A DNA stretch of 32,128 nucleotides from Catajapyx aquilonaris (GCA_000934665.2 KZ539156.1:1-32128), one strand, 5' to 3'; shown: positions 11,001 to 24,932, counted from the first letter of the stretch. The notes: generated from the sequence alone by a model not told the origin. Numbers and translations are program-made.

Positions 11001-14000
11001 CCTTTTGGACCCATGGCATCTATAAAAATTTACAAACTTCGACTTATGAAATTAATGCATGTTTTTACAACAACAACAACAACAACATCATGACATTTCC
11101 CTATGAGGGGTAGTCAGCGATGAAGGGAGACCCAACATATGAACTAATAAAACTAATGCATGTTTTTGATATTTAAAAAAGTACACTATGCAACACAAAA
11201 TTTGTCCATGGAAATTCATCATCATATTTGTGTTCCTTAGGTCACAAGTAACTCATAATGGGCATTCATTTTGTCTTTGATTTGTTTTTGACCTCGGGGC
11301 AGTCAAAAAACCAAAGTCCTCAAATATAGCAGTTTTTTCCCAATCAAGCGGGCCTAAATGTTGCTAGATCATCTCGGATTTTTCTGAAAATAATCACAGC
11401 TGTACACACCTATGCCGTAACACTGCATATAAAGTTTCAGACAAATTGCGAGATACCGTGCGGAGGGGAAAAATCGCGAAATTTTGAAAATGGGGCTTTT
11501 TCTGGATAATTTTTTTTGGCTATTGGAAGTGGTCAAAACCCAATCAACATATACATCAAATGAAAGAGAACAGTGAGTAGAATGCGCCTATGGAATTTGT
11601 TTTTCTCTAAAATGCACTCAGAACAACATGTGTGGCATTCCATCGGTCATATGCTCAGTAACATGTCCAAGTGTTAAGACCCCAACAATTAGTGCTGTAT
11701 TTACATAAGAGCAGCCATCTTTGGTGACAGGAGTTGTGACCCATACAAGATTCAATATTTTCAGTTTCAATCCTGGGTCATGCATGGCTCGCGAGAAAAT
11801 AATAGATATGCTTGCCGAATTACCATTAATTTTAATGGAGCCAAATTCTTGGACATGTAACTGATGAAATGCCACACATGTTTTTTTTTGAGTGCATTTT
11901 ACAGAAGAACAAATTCCATAGGCGCACTCTACTCACGTTTTTATTTATTTATGTATTTATTTATTTTTAGATATACCCGGTGCTAGAGCCATGGGCTCTC
12001 TTAGGGGAGTGGATTACCACTATCGTGCAGGGACAGGGTAGGGATAGGAAGGGGGTGGTGCATGTGCAATGTCTCAAGTTGGGGGTCGTGTGCAGTCCCT
12101 CAGGGGGTCCGTTTGCCATAGATGANNNNNNNNNNNCCCCCCCCCCCAGATGCGGGTCAGAAACCCCCGCCTGACCCGCACCTCCTCCAGGACAGGGAAC
12201 GGAAGGAAGCGGCTGTAGCCTATTTTACGGTACGATCCCGGAAATTATTCCTGGAGCGACCTTGGGAAACCACAGAAAACCAAGGTCAGGATCGCCGGCC
12301 TCCGGGATTCGAACCCAGGACCTCCCGATTAGCAGTCGGACACCATATCCACTACACCACTACTGCTTCGGTCTCACGTTTTTATTTCATTTGATGTATA
12401 TGTTGATTGGGTTTTGACCACTTCAAATAACCGAAAAAAATTATCCAAAAAAGGCCCCATTTTCAAAATTTCGCGATTTTTTTCTCTCCCCACGGTATTT
12501 CGTAATTTGGCTCAAACTTGATATGCAGTGTTATGGCATAGGTGTGTACAGCTGTGATTATTTTCAGAAAAATCCGAGATGTTTCGCCCACTGGATTGGA
12601 GAAAACTGTTATATCTGAGGATTTTTGTTTTTTGACTGCCCCGAGGTCAAAAACAAGTCAAAGATAAAATGAATGCCCATTATGAGTTAGTTGTGATCTA
12701 AGGAACACGAATATGATGATGAATTTCCATGGACAAAAAAAAAAGCCAAATTTTGTTGCATAGTGTTATCTGCAAATAATAATAATAATAATAAATAAGC
12801 AGTGCGGGGGCCCCATACGTTCAATTGTAAAAGGAGCAGCACCACCTCGCCCACCCTCCCGCAACCCCCCCAGCAACCTGTACACGCCAGCTATGTGTAT
12901 CTATGTACATACCGATGTGTACAGTATATTGGGCCTCTTGGGCTGCAGGACCTGTAGGTCGGTCAGCCCTTATCCTCTTCCAGGATATTGGTCCTTTATG
13001 GTCAGGTCGCCGTAACTCTGACACAGTATATTGGGCCCCTGTGGGGTCCCTAAATTTCATTGGGTCTGGGCACGTGCCCCTGTAGGTTCCTTCGGTAATA
13101 CGGCACTGGGTGCTGGAGACTGTAGCCTAATGTCGAAGGCATGTACTTTAAAATACTGTAAAAATAATGAAACAGATTTTTATGTAAAGTGTGATGTGCA
13201 ATACTCTATTACAGGGGTATTCAACTAGTTTATGACAAGGTCCAGTATTTACCTTTCCTGGGCCATTGAAGGTCCGGAACCCCCCCCCCCCCCACCCCCC
13301 GCATGTAGTTCCGCTTTTAAGACGTTTTTTACATGTTTTTACAGATGTGTTTAAGACGTTTTAAAAACGTGTGATACAAAATATACAGTTTTGTGTTTAA
13401 TATCACAGTTTCTTTGTTTCATATTGCTCCTATATGACACTGGTACATTTTTTTCCGTAAATGATCGGTTATCCGAAAAATCAGTTATCCGTACACCCCC
13501 AGTCCCCAATTGTTTCGAATAATCGACGCTCTACTGTATTTACATGTTCAGTGAAAATGCTATGAATGTGTTTGGAACAATTTTCCTCCTCTATAAGTTC
13601 CTAAATCGATTTCCAAAAAGATTGATGTAAAAAAAAATTCGAAATTTGAGAACTGCCGGCCAGCTGTTAGGCTGATTTAATTATGAAATACATTAAAATA
13701 CCGTATATGGAATATTAACCTTGAGAACCTTGCCAGACGAAGTTGCTGAAATCGTCGTACTTTGTGAGAAATAAACGAATTTGGGAGATTTCCAAAGTAA
13801 TGGGAAAGCCGCAGATAAGAAATAATTTATATCTCGCAACGATTTCAGCAAATTCGTCTGGCCCGATTCTCAACATTGTTATTCCGTTATTTTAACGTAT
13901 TTCATAATTAAATCAGCCAAGTAGTTGGCCGGAAGTACTCGAATTTCGAGTTTTACATTGATATTTTTGGAATTTACTTAAGGGACTTCTAGACGAGGAA

Positions 14001-17000
14001 AATGGTTCCAGACTCATTCATAGCATTTTCCCTGATCTAGTAAGTATAGCTGTTATTTTGTGTAAAATATATTGTCTGTATCTTCAGAGTACTCGTAAAT
14101 GGAAAACTAGGCGATGGCTGGTATAGGGGTTAACACTACGTGGCATGACTGATAATTTTCCACTCTCCATCTGTAACTGAGGTACAATATTTTGCCCAAC
14201 ATGTTGGTGAAATGTTGTGTATGAGTAATATTTCCCATGATTTACTTGTTTATGTGTTGCTCATAAGTTATTTCACTTGGAATTGTGTACACCCAGTGTG
14301 GTCCTATAAAGAAGGATCACTGCTGAGTTTTAGTAAGGTCAAACCCTTGCCAGACCCTCAGAATGCATCCTCACAAGTAAACACTTGAGAACTCCAGTTT
14401 AACACATTCTTTTCTATTGTCTTGCTAATTCCAAACTCATCACAAACATTCCAAACACCCATCATCACCACAACAACACCATAAAAACCTAGCAAGTAAA
14501 ACCAGTGATGCATATGGCTGGGGCAAAGCCCTTGCTGCCACTACATTGTTTAGATAAAATTTTATGATTGAATAAAAATAAAAATAAAATAAAATAAGTA
14601 GCAGTTTTCTCAAGTATGAAAAAATGGGACAGATATACAGGGTGTTTGTTACTACTCCAGCCAACGGCGTCAACATAATATTCCTTGAGCCAAAAGAAGT
14701 CGAAAGTTTAGGGGGGAGAAATGTCAAGGGAGCAACCTTTAATATGACCTTGACCAGAAACATGGTCTATGGTTGTCGAAGGAGCAGGATATGAGTGTGA
14801 AAATCGCGATTGTTGGGATTTGCAAGGTCACCTCTTTCACAGAAGTGATTATCTCCCCGCTCATATCCTGCAACTTCGGCAACCACCGGCCAATGTTTCT
14901 GGTCGTCTACCTTGTTAACAGTTGGTCCTTCAACATTTCTCCCCCCTACGTTTTCGACTTGCTTTGGCCCAAGGAATACGCTGATGGCTGTTGGCTGGAT
15001 TAGTTAGAATCACTCTGTATAAACATGATGTAATGAGAATTCCTCTTCGGTATTACATAGGGAACAATAGGTCTCTAGATCCAATTGTATTTTATAACCA
15101 TTTTAAGGGCGGCAGCCCTTAAGTAAGACCGTAGCATAGATTTCAACAATGAATTTTTTCTACTTGTTGTTGTTGTTATTACGTTTTTTTTTTATTCGCC
15201 CTAACTCAAGTTCTGCTGTAGGTAGAGCTTCCAAATTTTGAACACAGATCCCCACCATCGTGAATTGATTTCCTACCATTTACACTTTTACTTAATTCCT
15301 CTTCAAAACGCCGCAAAAAATTTTAAACCACCAAAAAATACGTCTATATTTTTTTGCTCAATAACTATTCGGAATTTGGTTTCTTCGTCAAAGGGCCGAA
15401 GGTGCAGTGGGATGGTGCGGATCTATGTTCAAAATCTCACAGTTCCCACTGCTACAGGATTGGAGGTGTGATTTTTTTACCTCGTATTTTTTCTGTTATT
15501 AATTCATTTGTTCATAATGCCATCACCTAGAAACGTCAATTCTTGTTTACCAACTAGCCATATTGTTATTAGCGAAATGCTATACCCTGCCGCTGCTATA
15601 AGGTGAACGCATTGTACTTATTACAGATTTACAGTTGAATCCGGATATAGCAGCCTCGGCTATAACATACTTCGTTATAAAGGCTGTCCCGGCATGCTTC
15701 CATAAGGCCCTGTGTATTTTACTCCTGATATAACAGACTCATTTTCACCTCACCTCGGGTATAACAGACCATTTCTTGGACCCTCGGTGGGAAAATATTG
15801 TTTTCCAGGTATAAAATTTGCAAAAAGGAGACGGCAGAAGGAAATTTCGGATATTTTGGTCCTGCATAATTTTCGGGTAAGCCAATATTGCATTTGTGAC
15901 AGATTTCGTTAATCAGTATGTAGTCTAGTAGTGCATAGTACAGCCATATTGAAAGCAAAAATTTATGTTTTCGTTGCGTGACGATTCGGCTATAACAGAC
16001 CCGGTTATAACATACTTTTTCCGCAGTCTCTTGAGGTTTGTTTTATCCGGATTCAACTGTACTATTAAGCCAGACTAATTATATCAGACTAACCGTTGGC
16101 TGGTAGCACTCGACTTTCGTTTTTTTACAACTATCTCTGTGAAAATAATTTTAGGGACTTCTAAGCGACGAAAATCATCTCCAATGCATTCATAGTGCAG
16201 ACTGTATAGTGTAGAACATAAGTTATGTGTACTGTCAAAAAAGAACTGAAATTAGATCAAAAACTTTCCCTTCAGTAAAAAAAAAAGAGAAGTAAGACCT
16301 CCGCGGCAGAATGAAGGTACTGAAACAAGGCAGGCGCACGTAAGACCTTCACCAATTATTGATTTAGCTGTGTGACGATTCTGCATGAATGTTTCATGGC
16401 AATAATTCGCACCAATCGTATAGAAATTCAATGTGCTTAATATTGAAGTTCCTAATTTCATAAAACACTAATATGGAGTGGCTCATGGAAAATTAATGGG
16501 TGGAATTTTCGTCGTACTACTATTACTATTAACTATAGGTCTGTAGTTACTGCTAACGTAGCAGTACAATTGCAGTACACTGGTACTGCTGTTAGAAGTA
16601 ATTAGTAGTAGGACGAAAATTCCACAAATTGGTTTCAGAAAGGAGACTTCATGAACAGTGAATTGGAAATTGCTTGAGTAAGACCTATGGTACAGCTTAA
16701 ATCAATTGGTGAAGGTCTTACATGCGCCTGCCTTGTTTCAGTACCTTCATTCCGTCACGGAGATCTTACTTCTCTTTTTTTTTTTACTGAAGGGAAAGTT
16801 TTTGATCTAATTTATGTAAAACAAGTAGATTCGTTTCGGAGGTTGGCCGCCAGTCTAATTATATGTAATGGTAAATTGTAGGTTAAATATGTTTCCAAGA
16901 AAGGGGAATTATTAATCAATGCATAATAAGAATATCTCTTTGAATCGTTTAAGTCTAAATGATCTTGTTGAATCTCTCGTTGAGTCTCTACAGGGTGTTC

Positions 17001-20000
17001 CAAGTTCCGGGGGTCACTTCATAACTGCTATCAGGCGATATCAGTCATGAAGAAGTGACCCCCGAACTTGGAACACCCTGTATACGTAATTAACATACTT
17101 TTAATCGAGAAGTCCTCCATTATTATTTTGCAACCAGTTATGTATACTGACATTCCCATTTTGTTATATTCCCTATTAACCAACCATGCCCAGCTTTTGA
17201 TTGGGTGTTGTGACATATTATTCATAGCAGAGTCCAGACTTTTTTTTTGTTAAGGATGTTGACTGAGTAGGCTACTACTACTACAGGGTGTCCCACTACT
17301 TCCCGAACCGCCAAAATGGCGCATAACTTGTAATAAACTACTTCACCTTCAATGTTACTTTCTTTGGGGGAAAATTACCCATAAAGTTTCATACTTGAAA
17401 GAATTAGAAAAAGTCTATTCTAATCACGCTCACGTGATTTGCCAAGCTTGTTTTGTCCCCTGCTCCCTCCGTCTTTTTCTAGTCAAGTTCTTAGTCTGAT
17501 TTTATTTTTGGCTGCACATACTGCAATTCAATGTCCGGTGGCACATGCTTTAGTCTAGTTAATTAGTTAGTTATAATAAATGCAAGAGATGGGCAATATA
17601 GCTTATACTGGATCCCTTTTTAAAAAATCCTTGAAAAAATCATATAAGATGTTTTTCTTGCCGTGGATGGGCACCTTACGGACTCCGTTAAACACTGACA
17701 CAAATTACCTGAAGAGGCTTGTACCTTCTCCTGCATATGAAAAACTACATCAAGTGCAAAGCCAGAATGAAAATAATTAGTTTCTCACACTGGGAGGCTG
17801 AACAAATGAAATTTTTTTACAGCATGTTTATTTCATGGACTACTTACTACTACTAGAATTATTAGGGGGATTTCCACTAACCTTTGTAGCTGTTGAGCAT
17901 TAGCGATTTATCAATGTCTATGGTTTTACTGAGCAAGTTAGCTGTTATTGAAAGTTAGTGGTGCCCACCATTGCGGGTTTTGCATGAGACTGAATACCAT
18001 CGTTTTAAATCTGCCGATCGACAAATGAAGCTCATGTCAAAACAAACTAAGGTGAGACCAAAACTTTAGACATTTCTTAGCATTTCAAAACCTGAACCAT
18101 GAAGATATGTCTACAAGTTTTCGAGCTATAGGGTTTTTAAATCTGCACATTCTGTTTTGATCACCCTGTATTACAAAATGTAATGATGCCACAAAAAACT
18201 GGATCCTGTTTACCATCATTATCACATTGTCGTTATCAAAAAGCTCATCTCCCCTACCATGAAGACTTCATTGGTATTAAACCTCCAACTACAATTTTTT
18301 TTAGAGAACCTCATTACAATACACTTCAACATAGGCACAGTGAGACCGAGACCTCAGTATGCTTTCTCTCATTACGGTCTTTGATTTGAATATTGGTGAG
18401 GACAGCCACCCCAAAACCGGGATATTCTGCGTTTTCCAAGGATGGTTCTTTCCAAAACGGTCATATGGGCGTCCTTCCCTATCCTTATACTCTAATTTGG
18501 CATGAAAAACAAAGAAAGAAATGCCTCGCTACATGTGGTCTGGTCCCTCTAATAAGATAAAAGATGATTTATTTATTTATTTATTTATTTTATTTATTTT
18601 GCCCGATTAGAGGGGTGGAATACCACCATTTTACCACTCAAATTCTTTCTGAAACTTTCACACAAGGATAGGGAAGGAAGTAAGCGGCTGTGGCCTATTA
18701 TAAAAGATTATTATGGTATGCACAATAACAGGCTGGCTTCACAAATATCTATTAGCCTTAATTGTTCACATAATTTTCAGGCCCAAGTTGTTCACTATAG
18801 CTATGGAATCATCAAGGCCAAGGGCAGTGAAGGCGAAGGCACCTATTGCATTACATACTCTCCACAACTCACATCATTACCAAGGAATGCAAGCTCTGCT
18901 GTAAGTCTTACCGTGTAAATAGGTTTGCTTCGAGTGTGTATCATAATTACATCATTCCATGTACGTTTTCAGAATTATGTACCACTCTCTGATGTCACAC
19001 CCTGGGATGCTTGTGAAGTGCCACCTAAAGAAAATGTCAGCAGTGTATTTGGAACTGTAACATTGGTGGCCCATAACAATTGTGCAATAGAAGAGAAAGT
19101 TCATCTTGCCTATGTATGAGAGCCAACATTAGAATGTTTTCAAGTGCTAATTTAATAATTTTTCTCGTACAGGAATTAGGTGCCATAGGGATCTTGGTTT
19201 TCACTCCAGAAGTACCAGATATAAATGCAAGTGTAAAATTTTCTCCAAATTTCACAGTTGCATTCATATCAAGTGACACAAAAACGAGACTTACGGTGAG
19301 CTACCTTTATTTTGATGTGCCGCTTTGATTCTAGTGGATCTCTTTCAGGGCCTGGGAAAAGAAATCAAAGTGCTGCAATATGCACCCACGGAGTCTCGGT
19401 TTGACTTAAGCCTGTTAGTAATTTGGTGCATGGCCACATCTGCTGTTTTGATTGGAGGTTACTGGAGTGGACAGTACAAATATCAATTGTAAGTTGTAAA
19501 GATTTTCTGAACAACATAAAACTTGAAGTCTAGGGAATATTGCAATGTGGTATCTTGTACTGGAAGTAAGAAGAGCTAACTGCTTTACTCTTAATTGGCT
19601 AACTGGCGAATTGTCACTTTTTTTGTGCACTAAAGGCCGGTAACCAAGTAAAAGATTTCTCGTGCACGAGGAGCCAACTGCACATGCCCGGATCCGAGGA
19701 ACGAGGAAAAGTAGTACATTTTCAACTTTCATCCCCTTTCCGAGGGACCAGAGGGGCCCTGAGGTGACAAAGAGTCCGTCTCAATGGACAAGATTCCTTG
19801 CTCAAGAGGACTCGTGCCCGAGAAACTTTTATGTAGATACCGGCCTTAAGTTCATGGGGAAATGGAATGCCAATGTGAGTCTTGACAAGGTCTGGTTAGT
19901 ATTATCTGCAGGATGATTGGTCACTACTACACAGGTTCAGGCAACAGTGAACTAGGTAAATTGCGACTCATCTACATATCTATAAATGAGGATGTTTGTG

Positions 20001-23000
20001 TGTTTTATCGCTATAAAAATCCAGGAGAATGCCCCTTACACTGCCTTAATCTAGCATTCCAGGGGTTACATTTTATGAGGCATTATTTAACGCTGCATGT
20101 TTCAGCTTCCAAAAATGAGCCTAACTACCACAACACTCATATTCCTCTCATTACAACTCTCAACAATATCGTTGGCATTAAGGAGAAAGGGCGAATAGAT
20201 CATTTTAGAAATTTTACAGGGGAGCTAATCTATAATATTAAAATGCTAAAATCTTGTAGAAGGAAAGGGCAAGGAAACGTGAGAAAATTGCAGGGGCATG
20301 ACCTGAAGGGGTAACCACTTGGTGGAACCGGTGTACAGGGTCCTTTTGGAACCGGCATGTAACCAGGTGGAACCATCCTGTTCCAGGAACCGGTGTACAC
20401 TTTTTTGGGGACTGGTTACCTCCTTGGCTTGAACCTGAAGGTATATTGAGTGCCATATTAAATACAATGCCTGTGTGTGTACCAGAATAATTAGAGGATA
20501 TAAAAAGTAGTAGGCACCAAATTCCAACTCCAGAATAAGCTAGTGAATGCATATTCATTTTCTTGACCAGGTATATGAAGCAAATGCAAAGTGTGCCACT
20601 GACTAGTACTGATGCTGATGAAAGTAAGGAGCATAGTGGATCATATGAAGAAACTTCACTGCCTCTAACTCCACTAGTGGTGGTTGTATTTGTCCTTGGC
20701 ATGTGTGGAATGCTGGTACTTCTGTACTACTTCTATCAGTATTTAGGTGAGTTGGAATATTAGTGTCATTCAGATGAAAACGAGCAACAGTCATATAGCA
20801 ATATGGGTTTGTTGCGATCTCTTATACACCAAATGAAGGCCGTACTGGTGTAGCATTATAATTATGACACACTGACTGCTGGCCATTCGATCACTGGACA
20901 TATAGTCGCAATGTGCTTTTGCTCGGGACCCCCCATCAAGGAGACCATCCGGTCAGATATGGAAGCAACAAATGTTGAGAAGCATGCGGTAATCCATTTT
21001 TGAACAGCAGAAAGTGTCGGGAGAACAGAAATCCATCTTCTTTTGGGTACCGTGTACTAAAACTGGATGTCTTCCTCATGTGTTAGAGCCAGGTTAGAGC
21101 CGGCAGTAAACGGTTCAGAGAGGAGTGATCGTCATTGACTGGTGATTCCAGGCCAGGGTAAGCATCTTACTCCAGGCTCTAACACGTGAGGAAGACATAC
21201 AGTTTTCGTATAGGATACTCACACGGAGATGGATTTCTGTACTCCCGACACTTTCTGCTGTTCAAAAATCGATTACCTCTCGCTGATCATTCATTGCTTC
21301 TATATCTGAATGGACAGTCCTTTTGAAGGGGAGGTCCTGAACAAAAGCACACTGTGACTGTGTCAAGTGATGGAATGACCAACTGTCAGTATTCCACGCT
21401 GGAGGAGTCATTATCCAAAAATTAAGTCATGCATTGTGAGGTGGCTTTGACTTATTGAAAGCAGGTCATTTTGTCAGATGAAGAAGGTGTAGCAACATTC
21501 TGCTACCATATAGTAGCAGAGCCATGGAATAGTCGAGATATAATAGTCGTAACTGACTCAACTTTGCAAGGTTTGTTGCGTCAGTTACGTTTATCCTAAT
21601 TTCTTCTGAAAATATGAATATGAACAGGCGTGATCTAAAGTAATCACAAAATTGCTCCTGAGGATTAGATTGCATATCAGTTGTAACATTACTTCTAAAC
21701 ACACAGAGTTTCACATCATTACAGCACCCCCCGAAAGAGCTTGTCCTATTCATGTTGCCTCCGTTACATTACATTTTACAGAGGAGAGTCCATTCAAGTT
21801 ACTATTGCAAAATTATAAAAAGATGGCAATAATCTACCAGGCTACATGGGAATAATTTTAAATTCCCTCTCCATTAACATTTGCCATTGCAATAAATATC
21901 TATACAGCGTGAATCCTCTCCACGGGATGTGTCAGTTATGGTGGAATTGCCCCATAATACTAATCCGGTACGGCCTTTGTTTTGTGAATAAGATGTTGCG
22001 ACAAACCTATCCAGAAATTTGCTATATGACTGTGCATTGTTTTCATCTGAATGACCCTTATATATTGTCATTTGCATTATGTATAGTTGCATACATGTCT
22101 GGACACTGCAGGTAAGTATCCCACTGTGTAACTACAATGGGTTAATTATTTCCAGCGTCCAGACTAGGGTCCTTCAAGTTGCATGAAATATCAGTGACCC
22201 CACTTACTTGGGGAGGCCGTGGGCTATAGTTGACAGACTTAGACAAAAATTATGCAATAGGTAAATCACAGGCATAGAATTCACTGGTGAGTGTAAAAAC
22301 ACCCACTTTGCAACTATCTTAAGAGATATGAGCGACGACAGGTCTGGTGTGCTCAATAATACATCTGCCTCCGAATTCAAAGGTCTCTAGTAGAAGTAGC
22401 TTGTTATGGGATTGAGTGTTTTTTTCTGTTGTCCCATTTCCCCTTCTCTCATTTGCTGGTCAAGTTCTTGTCGCATAATAATAATGGATACCCTGTTATA
22501 CGTCCTCTTGGGGCTCTCAGGGGATCATCATTTAATTAGCGACTTGATTCATTGCCTCTGCTGTGATGGGTTTTGATAGTGGGAGGAAACGGGAGAGCCC
22601 TGAGAAAACCCATGCGAATACTGAGAGAACCCATCCAAACTCTATCCACATAAGTATTCTCTGTCTAACCCGGGATTGAACTTGGGACCCCAGAGGTGGA
22701 AGGCTGTGGTGCTAACCACTACACCACCGTGTGGCCATTTTTTCTGAAGTTCTTTGTCTGCTTTTATTTTTGGCTGCACATACTGAAATTCAATGTCCTT
22801 TGGCGCATGCTTCAGTCATCAGTCTAATTACTGGAATAATTGCAGTACTTACTTACAACATACGGACACAAACATGTAGTACATTTTACATTGGTGAGCT
22901 TCATGCAATCGCTATGTAGGCCAAATTGATTGTGTTTTACCTTTCTGCTTTCCATTTCATGCAATTTCTTATGTGTAGGGGAAGGTGCAAGCCTTCAAGT

Positions 23001-24870
23001 AATTTGTCTCAATGTTTAATGCAGTCTGTAAGGGCCTTGATATAATCCAAGCCGGGCTCCAGCATTGCCCATATCTTGTGTTCAGATTATTCCAATAATT
23101 AGACTGAAGCGTGTGCCAAAGGACATTGAATTTCAGTATGTGCAGCCAAAAATAAAAGCAGACAAAGAACTTGACCAGCAAAAGAAAGAAGGGGAAATGG
23201 GATGAAAGAGAAAACATCATCCCCAACAGGCGACTTCTACTCAATACCTTTGGATTTGGAGGCAAATGCACTATTGAGCACACCAGATCAGTCGTCACTC
23301 ATATCTCTCAAATGGCTGCAAAGTGGGTGTTGTTATGCTTACCAGTGAATTCTATGCCTGTGATTTACCTACTGAACTATTTTTGTCCCAATCTGTCATT
23401 AATAACCCACAACCTCCCTTTGTTAGTGTCATGATTAAATTAGGCTGTGATCATGACACAGGGCTATCTGTTGAACCATACATGTCATTGTCTATAAATC
23501 TTGTGTGTATGACAGTGTGTCTTAATAATAATACTATGTATTGTTTCAGTTTACTTCATCATAGGGCTCTTCTGCTTCACTTCAGCTGTAGCTATACAGC
23601 AATGCCTACATGCAGTATTCAGAAAACTGCCCGTGTGTCAGTGCAGGTGAGTTGAAAAATGCTTATGACTTCTTTTTCTTTGAGTGATCATATGGCCATA
23701 TGAGAATCATAAGCAGATGAGGGGTCTCAGATCAAAAGAGGCCAAGTCCATTTTGGGGGGGGGGGGGGGGNTGTCATTGGGTATTAATTGCACATTTGCG
23801 TATGTAGCTGAGCCGTGGCAACATATGGACGCAAAAAGTTTCAAGATTGTTCCAGTGAAAGTTAAGTAATCAGCAGTTTTTGCTCATTTTACGACCCTTT
23901 TTTTTTTTTTTTACTTCGCCGCCTTTGATCTGACAGTGAGACCCCTCAGATGTGACGTTCAAATTTTAAAATATGTGTAATGTAAATTGGTATGACTTGA
24001 GTTCATTGGAGTGACATTGTGCCACAGCTATCCTCCTGAATTGAAAATTGCTGCCTTCCACTGTGCTAACAAATGTTATTTCCTGGAGTATCATGCAACT
24101 TCCATCATTTTGGTGTCCCTATACAGGATGGTTGGTAAATTGGCGCCCGATCTTCTCGTAGCGAGATTCCTTGTGAAAAACCAGTATAGGTAAGTGAATG
24201 CCCAAGTGGCCTACGATGCATCGTTGTCGCTCACGAGGCCTCTGAAAGTTGGAACCAAATCATGACGTCACATCCTCCTATACCATTCAAATGCTACCAT
24301 ATCGCTACTGTATACAGATCATGAAGCAAGCAGGTGATTCTGACCATCTGACTGTGATTCTGACAGTGGACAATACAAGCAGTGGAGGTCATTGCGAGAG
24401 TCGCTAGAACATGTAGTACTACTGTACAAGAGCTCCATGGGCAAGTCGTGCCTCATCATTCATTCTGGTTGTCTCATTCGATCCTACGTACATTGGCAAT
24501 CGGTGTCACTGCATACCACTTGCATACAATAGCGATATTGTAGCGAATGTAGCTTTTGAATGGTGCATGCGGATGTGATGTCATGATTTGGTTCTAACTT
24601 TCGGAGGCCTCGAGAGTGATAACCACGCATAGTAGGCCATTCGGACCTTCACTTCCCTATGATGGTTTTTCGCAAGGAATCTCGCTATATCGGGCACCAT
24701 TTACCGACCAACCTGTACGTCTGGGGAGAAAACGTTGTCTGTTAGATTTAGTAATAATTATAGAACGGTAGAACTCTGATTATCTGTCACCCATGTGACC
24801 GAGGTGTGGTTGGAACACAGAAAAGGTCGGATAATCCAAGGAGCAAAGAAAACTTTAATGGAACACTACA

Positions 24871-24932
<62 letters not shown>

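Larger units (their letters stand above)
8251..13108. mobile_element. Large non-autonomous hAT-like element carrying nested insertions
   Basis: Ends CAGGGCTGTATTA / TAATACGGCACTG (11 of 13 match); TSD ggtactgg / ggtgctgg (7 of 8); gggccc-type subterminal motifs. Confidence 0.6.

Noticed and set aside
13212..13538. Single element with a hAT-like left end (CAGGGGTATTCAAC) and a pogo-like right end (CTCTACTGTA)
   Set aside because: The ends do not match each other; most likely two adjacent truncated fragments.
20238..20702. 154-aa minus-strand ORF
   Set aside because: Antisense shadow of SPPL2 exon 6 plus intronic repeat.
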